DNA of 49,846 nt from an uncultured Nitrospiraceae bacterium (GCA_964646375.1 CAZYEF010000002.1:1-49846), one strand, 5' to 3'; positions 39,127 to 46,192 are shown, counted from the first letter of the stretch. The notes: a model not told the origin generated them from the sequence alone. Made by a program: numbers and translations.

Positions 39127-39131
39127 TCCTG

Positions 39132-40418
39132 TTACAATTGTGACCGGCTGTGAATAAGGTAGGAATAGTACGCAGCGGCGCTTGTTGGATGGCGCTGAAG
39201 TGTTTTGAAATCCACGCGATACAGGCCGAACCGGGTGTCAAGTCCGTTGAGCCATTCGTAATTATCAATTAACGTCCAATAGTAATATCCCCGTATGTCA
39301 AGACCGTTTTTCAGACATCGCTCCACCATGTCGACGTGCCGTTTCATATATTTCACTTTTTCCTCGGAATCATGTGTCGCAATACCGTTTTCAGTGATAA
39401 TCAGCGGTACCTGAAGGCGGGAAGCATACCTGAGGACTTTTTCAATTCCACGCGGATGAATTTCCCAACCAATATTCGTAAGTCCGTGACCGTCTATGTC
39501 ATGATGCCGGAGTTCGACTCCCATTCTTTTGAACGGGTTGAAACGAAGATGAATGCGGGTATAGTAGTTCACGCCGAAAAAATCGAGTTTGCCTTTTATC
39601 GGTACTTCGATTTCAATTGGACGGGAGAAGGGGAACTTGATGACAAATATTCCGGTTTTGAAGGCATCTATGATCGAATGATTATAGAAAAAGTTTGCCG
39701 TTTTTTTGAGAACCCGGTCCAGTGGATTCCATTTTTTCCAGGGAGCAAAAACGGACATATTATGAGACAAGCTTACCTGGGCGCCCGGGACATGCTCATG
39801 GATGATATCATACGCTTTTCCATGACAGGTAAAAATATTTTTCAAAGCGTGAAGAGATTTTGGCACATCCTGGATTCCCGGGGGCGTGCAGCCCTCTAGG
39901 TAGCCGCCCAGCAGAATAACGTACGGCTCGTTGAATGTTATCCAATAACGCACATCCCTGAGCGTTGTAACCATTTTCTCCGCAAAACGCAGAAATTTTT
40001 CCACAGATGCCCTTCGGTGCCAGGGAGATCGACCGATTAACCAGGATGGATTTGTAAAATGATGCAGTGTCACCATAGGCTCGATATTGTAGCTTCGGAG
40101 AATATTGATGATGTCCTGATAGTGTGCAATGGCATCCTCGTTCCAAACACCTTCCTGCGGCTGAATTCTGCTCCACTCTATGGAGAAGCGACAACTGTTG
40201 ACGCCCAATTCCTTCAGCAGATGCAGGTCCTGACGATAGCGATTGTAATGGTCCGTTATGTCCGGAGTCTCTTCAATCTCGGGGTCCCAGGTCGTCCAGT
40301 CCGCGTGCGGTGAACCTTCTATCTGAAATGCTGACGTGGCAATTCCCCATTGGAAGTCAGATGGGAAAACGTTTTTTGCCTCTCCGCGAACCGTGCTCTT
40401 TTCCGATGTTATCTCCAA
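39132..40418 (-). CDS. Glycoside hydrolase family 1 (beta-glucosidase-like), cytoplasmic
   Basis: FQWGIATSAFQIEG, the acid/base motif ITFNEPYV and the nucleophile motif IITENGIA are present. There is no signal peptide. It has a TTG start and no SD. Confidence 0.9.
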   Translation of the reverse strand: MEITSEKSTVRGEAKNVFPSDFQWGIATSAFQIEGSPHADWTTWDPEIEETPDITDHYNRYRQDLHLLKELGVNSCRFSIEWSRIQPQEGVWNEDAIAHYQDIINILRSYNIEPMVTLHHFTNPSWLIGRSPWHRRASVEKFLRFAEKMVTTLRDVRYWITFNEPYVILLGGYLEGCTPPGIQDVPKSLHALKNIFTCHGKAYDIIHEHVPGAQVSLSHNMSVFAPWKKWNPLDRVLKKTANFFYNHSIIDAFKTGIFVIKFPFSRPIEIEVPIKGKLDFFGVNYYTRIHLRFNPFKRMGVELRHHDIDGHGLTNIGWEIHPRGIEKVLRYASRLQVPLIITENGIATHDSEEKVKYMKRHVDMVERCLKNGLDIRGYYYWTLIDNYEWLNGLDTRFGLYRVDFKTLQRHPTSAAAYYSYLIHSRSQL

Positions 40419-40525
40419 TAAAGCACCATGACAAGCAGTCCCAGTAACGCAATTGCGAACAAGACTGTTTCTTCGTATTTATTTGCTGATTTTCCATCAA
40501 TATTATTATTCATCCTGTTATCCAT
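40409..40525 (-). CDS. Possible 34-38 aa single-TM small protein translationally coupled between psiE and the GH1 gene
   Basis: It reads MDNRMNNNIDGKSANKYEETVLFAIALLGLLVMVLYWR*. Its ATG at 40525 lies 1 nt after the psiE TGA (TGATATG). Its TAA (40411-40409) overlaps the GH1 TTG start (TTGGAGATAA). It is below the ORF-track size cutoff. Confidence 0.3.
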   Translation of the reverse strand: MDNRMNNNIDGKSANKYEETVLFAIALLGLLVMVLYWR

Positions 40526-40526
40526 A

Positions 40527-40949
40527 TCATTTCTGTCCTGATTCCAGATATTTTTTTGGTGAAAAAACTACTGCCAGCGTTCTGAGACATCCTATCACCA
40601 GTATCAGCGCGGAGAGAGCGAAAATCATTGGGGTCTGCAGTGTGTGCTCATAAAGGCCGACCATAACTTCTCTCAGCACAAATACCAGTGCGGCATCGGT
40701 AATAAAGGTTATTTTTAAGCGGTGCACGCTGAAATATTCTATGATGCTTCTCAGGAGTTCTATGACGATAAACATGGAAAGAATGTTCGTTACCATCATG
40801 TCAAATGCCGCTCCGATGCTCTGACTCCCAAAAACTGCGCGCAAATCAAGCACTAGTCGCGCAATTCCCATTAGCAAGGCAAGAACCACCAGAGGGATCA
40901 GCAGTTTGATCATATTGTCGACAATTTTCCCGAAATAATCTAAAATCAA
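40527..40949 (-). CDS. psiE: Phosphate-starvation-inducible protein PsiE family (4-TM membrane protein)
   Basis: The size, TM pattern and the IVIELLRSIIEYF...ITDAALVFVLREV region fit PsiE. I place the start at TTG 40949, which follows AGGAG plus 5 nt. The ORF-track start at 40991 has no SD and would lie upstream of the predicted -10. Confidence 0.8.
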   Translation of the reverse strand: MILDYFGKIVDNMIKLLIPLVVLALLMGIARLVLDLRAVFGSQSIGAAFDMMVTNILSMFIVIELLRSIIEYFSVHRLKITFITDAALVFVLREVMVGLYEHTLQTPMIFALSALILVIGCLRTLAVVFSPKKYLESGQK

Positions 40950-40979
40950 GTTTTCTCCTGTTGCAAAATGATTGCTGTC

Positions 40980-41024
40980 ATATTGATACAAGGTTATTAC
41001 GGGAACATTACAGTCGTGTTAAAA
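40980..41024 (-). promoter_or_regulatory. Pho-box-like promoter of the psiE operon
   Basis: In gene orientation: TTTTAAC, CTGTAAT, CCGTAAT at 41018-41024, 41007-41013 and 40996-41002. Then 10 nt, then CAATAT (40985-40980). Confidence 0.5.
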
Positions 41025-41226
41025 GTGTGTGAAAAGCTTTTGATATTCTGCGGGACGGCGAGATATAAAAAACAGATGGATCACTTCCTGCGGCAGAGAA
41101 TCCCCGGACTCCTTGACGGGAAAGTAATATGGCAAGTCGCGGAAGGCCACATTTATCAAGAGAATCGCCGGTTTCTAGCGGATTGGACTCTGCTGATGCT
41201 TTTAATGTGGCTCTTTAGTAACCAAG

Positions 41227-41271
41227 TTGTAACAAATTTTTAATTGTACCGTAACATATCTCTACTACAAT
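41227..41271 (+). promoter_or_regulatory. Pho-box-like promoter of the divergent kinase-family gene
   Basis: TTGTAAC (41227-41233), TTTTAAT (41238-41244), CCGTAAC (41249-41255), 10 nt, then TACAAT (41266-41271). Confidence 0.45.
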
Positions 41272-41374
41272 GCAACATCAGAAAAATAATACTTTATGCC
41301 AAAAGCAATCGTTCTTACAATTGTTTTCAACACGATTGATCTGAAATGGATTTTTATTAACGGTAAAAAATTTA

Positions 41375-41959
41375 GTGAACCAATTAGGCAGAAAACTATA
41401 CCATCTTCTGGGCGGTTTGGCCCTCGTCTCGCTCTATTATGTTATCGGCAGAGATCGTGCGCTTTTGTTTTACGCGGCATTGTTTGTTGTCGTCCTGATT
41501 CTGGACCTTATTCGTCTCAAACTACCGCCGGTCAACCGGTTTATTCATGACAGATTTCAGAATTTTATCCGGGTAAGTGAAAAACGTAAGATTACCGGCA
41601 CAGCTTCCTATATTTTGGGAATTGGACTGTCTTTTTACTTCTACCGTTCGGATATCGCCACGCTGGCAGTTTGTTTTCTTGCTTTTGGTGATGTTGCTGC
41701 TACTACAGTTGGCGAGAGATATGGTAAAACAAAAATTGGAAAGAAAAGTTTAGAAGGAAGCATCGCTTTTGTCGCAGCCGCAATATCGGGAGGGATGCTG
41801 CTCTCGCTGGCGGGCATACCTGTCATGTATGGACTTGTCGTAACTGGTGCGTTGATTGCCGCGGGAGTGGAACTGATACCACTTCCGGTGAACGATAACC
41901 TGTTAATACCCCTTATATCAGGAGGCGCGATGTCCTTGATTCTCATGATAATTGGGTAA
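41375..41959 (+). CDS. CTP-dependent polyprenol/phytol/diacylglycerol kinase-family membrane protein (dolichol-kinase-like, CTP_transf_1 superfamily)
   Basis: It is polytopic. FGDVAATTVGERYGKTKIGKKSLEGSIAFV matches the GD..A..VG..(F/Y)G...KS.EGS motif of this family. It has a GTG start and no clear SD. Confidence 0.72.
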   Translation: MNQLGRKLYHLLGGLALVSLYYVIGRDRALLFYAALFVVVLILDLIRLKLPPVNRFIHDRFQNFIRVSEKRKITGTASYILGIGLSFYFYRSDIATLAVCFLAFGDVAATTVGERYGKTKIGKKSLEGSIAFVAAAISGGMLLSLAGIPVMYGLVVTGALIAAGVELIPLPVNDNLLIPLISGGAMSLILMIIG

Positions 41960-42214
41960 GTGTGAGAATAATTGCTGTTATCGTATTCAGTGGTATTACT
42001 TCCCATGAAAGCGAATCCATCGATTCCTGCAGAAAGCAACGAAACCAATCAACCTCTTTTATCACTAAAACCGCTGTCCTAGCCTTATAAGAAGTGCCCG
42101 GTATATCATTTCCTCACCACGTTCATTGCCCCCTTTCTTGAAGTATGCTACTATAAATTACAGCAGTATTTGTATATGCCTTAAGTGTTTATTAACTGGA
42201 GGGGGAGGTGATTT

Positions 42215-42613
42215 ATGAAACGCCTTATTTTGTGTATACTGACAACCGCCCTGCTTATCTCAAGCCCCGCATTCCTGCCGTCCGGATACGCCAATGAGCA
42301 GCAATCGATGTCGCAGGACATAACAGCGAAAAGAAAGCAATTTGAGAAAAGCATGAAGGATCGGCTGAACCGACTGGGCGTTCAATTGGAAGAGCTGAAA
42401 GTAAAGGCAGCCGCCATGAAGGAAAGGGCGAACAAGGACCTGAACAAACATCTCGCAGAAGCTGAAAAGAAGCAAAAAATTGCATCACAAAAATTTGAAA
42501 AGGTGCAGAAAGAATCAGAAAAAAAATGGCAAAAGCTTTCAACCGAACTAGACAAAGCAGCGGATGATTTTGAAAAAGCTTTCGAAAAGGCTAAAACACA
42601 TTTTAAAGATTGA
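42215..42613 (+). CDS. Secreted Lys/Glu-rich coiled-coil protein, function unknown
   Basis: GGAGGGGGAGG SD. The signal peptide is MKRLILCILTTALLISSPAFLPSGYA. The rest is a heptad-like charged helix. Confidence 0.7.
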   Translation: MKRLILCILTTALLISSPAFLPSGYANEQQSMSQDITAKRKQFEKSMKDRLNRLGVQLEELKVKAAAMKERANKDLNKHLAEAEKKQKIASQKFEKVQKESEKKWQKLSTELDKAADDFEKAFEKAKTHFKD

Positions 42614-42832
42614 TGCCGTTTTTTTGCGCCGAATAAACCTGGAAACCATGCAAAGTTTTCTTTGGTTGCGGTTCTTGCCGGCGACTTTGCTGTGATCCGC
42701 ATTTTTAAGCCTCTGCGGCATACCCCGGTTGCTGAGGAGTGCAGTAAGGCGGGGAAACGCTTTTTTCGAGAAGCTTCTACTCAATCAACCCGTTAACCCC
42801 CGTGCAATTTTGCTGGAATTTCAGTCTTTTTG

Positions 42833-42867
42833 TTTGCATAATAAAGGCGATTTTGATATTATGCAAA
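42833..42867. repeat. Perfect 11-bp inverted repeat TTTGCATAATA / TATTATGCAAA with a 13-nt spacer
   Basis: Read directly: arms at 42833-42843 and 42857-42867. It lies inside a 570-bp non-coding stretch and has no flanking U-run. Confidence 0.85.
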
Positions 42868-43183
42868 ACCTTATCTACACGAAATGCATTGTTGAACTTC
42901 CCGGATAAATGGTATCCATGAATGGGAAGACGGGCAGGTTACGGTGAAATCTGGCTTCAGAGTCTGCATGATGACAGTTTTGCGCGGAAGTAGATCTCAG
43001 CAGGACATCAGAACTCTTCTTTTAAACCGCACGTAAACCACACCTGTCAAAATTAGAAATAATTGCCTGATCCTTAAATATTTTTTTACCGGCTGTTACG
43101 ATGCTTTCCGTACAACGGAAGAAAAAGCTTGACGTTAATACAAAGACATGCGAAGTATGATTATCTTGTGAAGAAGGAAAAAC

Positions 43184-43543
43184 ATGGACAATAGCTTAAT
43201 CGAACGATCAAAACAATATGAATTCGTGGCTCTGTGGTGGGCCTGGTTGATGCGCTATCAGGATGATGCTGCAAATGCGGCACCGCCTGCACCGCCATTT
43301 CCAAACATAGGTTATGGTTACCGTGCCGGGCATTTCTGGCCCCGAGGAGCGAATAGTGAGGACTCCACGGATGAGTGGGAATACTTTTTTGATACCATGT
43401 CTGCCGAGTATAAACTTCCGAACATCAGCATTCATGCATTGTATTGCTACCAGCAGTATCCTTCCTGTCGTGATTTTGTGGATTCAGGCGGTACTGATTA
43501 TGAATTGCCAGTTTCTGTAACAGTGAAGGATCTGTATTGGTAG
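43184..43543 (+). CDS. Hypothetical acidic, aromatic-rich 119-aa protein
   Basis: ATG at 43184 follows GAAGGA plus 5 nt. There is no signal peptide and no motif I recognise. It has 6 Trp and 11 Tyr, including WWAW, YGYRAGHFW and WEYFF. Confidence 0.55.
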   Translation: MDNSLIERSKQYEFVALWWAWLMRYQDDAANAAPPAPPFPNIGYGYRAGHFWPRGANSEDSTDEWEYFFDTMSAEYKLPNISIHALYCYQQYPSCRDFVDSGGTDYELPVSVTVKDLYW

Positions 43544-43694
43544 CTTTGCACCACCCATAAAAAATCAGAGAAATATCAAGTCCGGTGAAAAAGGGAAATA
43601 TACTGGTTTGTACTCTGGCCCTTCCCCTCGGGGATGCCGCGCAAGAAATGTTTTGCTCAAGCCGGAACCGGCTTAGCTGGTGAAAGGTTTTTGG

Positions 43695-44909
43695 ATGTTA
43701 CAAATAATCGCAAATAATATTCCCATCGAAGTTACCACAGGAAGCCCTTATGAAAAAGGGAAAGTTCCAAAGTATTTTCTAAAATTCCCTGATGATTCAG
43801 TCGCTGCTGTCTATAAATCCGGTATTCTTAAAAGTGTAAGCGATAAGAATTCCGAAACCATCCGGACGCTGGGAGGTTCCCTTGTTGATATAGAACCGGA
43901 TGTCAAAAGCGGCGGGTATATTACCAGCATTCCGACTTCAGAACAGTTGGAGCGTTTTGAGCGGATAACGACCAGCCTCGAAACAATCAAGGAGCGTGTC
44001 CTTGCAGGTGTAAAAATACCCATTACCCGCTCCCAGCACCTGGAATATGAGCATGAGGTGCCGACCGACGAAGACATTTACTCTTTTTTCAAAAGGCTCA
44101 AGAACCGTCCCGCATTGAATGATTTTGCCCGGCAGGTGAATGAACATCTGGGCGCCATGGATATTATACATCCCGACGTGGGGGACCGTGATTACCTGGC
44201 GTTTTCCTTTTCACAGGGATGTGATGGGGGGTGCCTGAAGTGCAATTTTCAGCATAAAAGAAAACTGCTTCCCCGATCACAGCAAGAGCTGGATGAACAG
44301 ATTGCTTTTTATAAAGGTATTTTTTCAGAGCAGGAACGGGCTCAATTCGAAATTTTTGCTGGAAACCATCGAGGCCTGGGTATTGACTTTGATTTATTCC
44401 AGGAACATATCAACCGCGTCAGGCATGATGCCGGGATGCGCGAAGGCAAGGTGTTTGTTTTTTGCAATGCGGAGGATATTCTGCGGCTGCATGCCCAGTA
44501 CGGTCAAAAAGAAATGGAAGGAGCAATGATGCGTATCGGACTGCACCTCAATATCGGTGTTGAGAGCGGTTCTCACGCAGGCCTGAAGGCATACGGGAAA
44601 AATATGAACCTTGCCTCAATCAGGGACGCTCTGAAAATACTGAAGAATACGAGAATCCCTTATTCGGTGAACATTGTCGCGGGTGTTGACTGGGATGATC
44701 ATGTGCGGGGGACGGTGCAGCTCTTTCGCGCGCTGTATCGCCCCGGTGACAATAAACCTTCGGTCTTTTCGTCTGAATTCAAGGATAAGCATGGAAACGT
44801 AAACTCCCAGCTGGAAACCGAGCAGTATTCACTCTTTCGTCATTTCCTGAATGATTGCGGAATCTACGTTTTTCGGTATACATTTATTCCGTTTAATAGA
44901 AAGGGCTGA
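43695..44909 (+). CDS. Radical SAM enzyme with an uncharacterised ~170-aa N-terminal extension
   Basis: CDGGCLKC (a CX3CX2C cluster motif, nt 44220-44243) is followed by IFAGN and NIGVESGSHAGLKAYGK (ESGS-type radical SAM core). There is no C-terminal Cys cluster, so no SPASM domain. The start is either GTG 43680 or ATG 43695. Confidence 0.72.
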   Translation: MLQIIANNIPIEVTTGSPYEKGKVPKYFLKFPDDSVAAVYKSGILKSVSDKNSETIRTLGGSLVDIEPDVKSGGYITSIPTSEQLERFERITTSLETIKERVLAGVKIPITRSQHLEYEHEVPTDEDIYSFFKRLKNRPALNDFARQVNEHLGAMDIIHPDVGDRDYLAFSFSQGCDGGCLKCNFQHKRKLLPRSQQELDEQIAFYKGIFSEQERAQFEIFAGNHRGLGIDFDLFQEHINRVRHDAGMREGKVFVFCNAEDILRLHAQYGQKEMEGAMMRIGLHLNIGVESGSHAGLKAYGKNMNLASIRDALKILKNTRIPYSVNIVAGVDWDDHVRGTVQLFRALYRPGDNKPSVFSSEFKDKHGNVNSQLETEQYSLFRHFLNDCGIYVFRYTFIPFNRKG

Positions 44910-44953
44910 TTTCCAGCGCATGCGAGAGACAGGTCTTCAGCCCTTTTGTCGGA

Positions 44954-46120
44954 TTATTTCTGACCCAGAAATTCAAGCGCCGCCATTACTCCACCTTTGG
45001 CATAAGGCACATTAGCAAGGCCCAATCCCATTTCCACTCCACTGAGCGTTCCTGCCAGCATGAGATCGTTGAAATTGCCAAGATGCCCGATGCGGAAAAC
45101 CCTGCCTGCCACTTTATCCAGACCACTTCCCAGCGACATATTGAAATGTTCCAGAACAACATTGCGAAAAGCATCGGCATTGTGTCCTGCAGGCATAAGC
45201 ACGGCAGTGAGTGAACTGCTGTATTCGTTCGGATTAAGACAAAGCAGTTCGAGCCCCCACGCCCGGACGGCACGGCGCGTTGCTTCGGCATGACGGTCAT
45301 GCCGCGCGAAAATTTTTTCCAGGCTTTCCTCCCGCAGCATCGTGAGAGATTCCTGAAGTCCGTACAGCAGATTGGTTGGCGGTGTATAGGGGAAAAAACC
45401 CATTTTATTAGTATTGAGCATGGGCTCCCAATCCCAGTAGGATTTCGGCAGCTGTGCTGTTTTGGCGGCAGCCAGGGCTTTCTCGCTGATGGCATTGATA
45501 CCCAATCCAGGAGGCAGCATCAGCCCTTTCTGAGAACAGCCAGCCATCACGTCGATGCGCCATTCATCATGCCGGTAATCAATAGATGCCAGTGAAGAGA
45601 TTGTATCAACCATGAACAACGCCGGGTGGGAAGCCCGGTCCATGGCACGGCGAATTTCCGCGATCCGGCTTGTTACCCCTGTCGATGTTTCATTTTGCAC
45701 AATAGCTACTGCTTTGATTTTGTGCTCTCGGTCTTCGACAAGCTTTTCTTCTATGAGAGCCGGATCCGCGCCCCGTCTCCAATCGGTTGGAACAAAATCA
45801 ACGTCGAGTCCGAAGCGCACGGCAATCCCTTTCCAAAGAGTGGCAAAATGGCCTGTTTCAACCATTAAAACACGGTCTCCGGGAGAAAGAGTGTTAACCA
45901 ATGCCGCCTCCCAGGCACCGGTCCCGGAAGAAGGATATAGCACCACCGACCCTGTTGTTTTGCAAATATGCTTTAGACCGTCCAGTACTTCGAGGGCCAG
46001 ACGGGAAAATTCAGGACCACGATGATCGATCGTCGGTCTGCCCATTGCCCGTAATATTCGGTCCGGAACATTTGTCGGCCCTGGAATCTGAAGAAAATGA
46101 CGTCCTGTCATGAAATTCAT
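44954..46120 (-). CDS. Class V aminotransferase (serine--glyoxylate / alanine--glyoxylate type)
   Basis: FLQIPGPTNVPDRILRAM, SSGTGAWEAAL, VQNETSTGVTS and AGCSQKGLMLPPGLG (PLP lysine) closely follow SgaA/AGXT-type enzymes. Confidence 0.88.
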   Translation of the reverse strand: MNFMTGRHFLQIPGPTNVPDRILRAMGRPTIDHRGPEFSRLALEVLDGLKHICKTTGSVVLYPSSGTGAWEAALVNTLSPGDRVLMVETGHFATLWKGIAVRFGLDVDFVPTDWRRGADPALIEEKLVEDREHKIKAVAIVQNETSTGVTSRIAEIRRAMDRASHPALFMVDTISSLASIDYRHDEWRIDVMAGCSQKGLMLPPGLGINAISEKALAAAKTAQLPKSYWDWEPMLNTNKMGFFPYTPPTNLLYGLQESLTMLREESLEKIFARHDRHAEATRRAVRAWGLELLCLNPNEYSSSLTAVLMPAGHNADAFRNVVLEHFNMSLGSGLDKVAGRVFRIGHLGNFNDLMLAGTLSGVEMGLGLANVPYAKGGVMAALEFLGQK

Positions 46121-46162
46121 GTTAAACCTCCTCGAGAAGTGAATATATCAGTTCCTGTCCAA

Positions 46163-46192
46163 AGTATAGATGCGTGTATGATTATCTGTCAA
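46163..46192 (-). promoter_or_regulatory. Sigma70-like promoter for the aminotransferase gene
   Basis: On the minus strand: TTGACA (46192-46187), an 18-nt spacer, then TATACT (46168-46163). Confidence 0.35.

Noticed and set aside
39336-39899. 187-aa plus-strand ORF antisense to the GH1 gene
   Set aside because: The minus-strand frame contains the full set of GH1 catalytic motifs. The antisense ORF has none.
41976-41999. TGTTAT and TATTAC elements downstream of the kinase-family gene
   Set aside because: They are 18 bp apart and so not phased, and they lie on the wrong strand for the next gene (42215, plus strand).
43084-43114. TGTTAC / CCGTACA elements upstream of the 119-aa gene, considered as a sixth Pho box
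   Set aside because: The copies are spaced 10 nt apart rather than 11, or are not phased at all. They point in mixed orientations and lack a correctly spaced -10.
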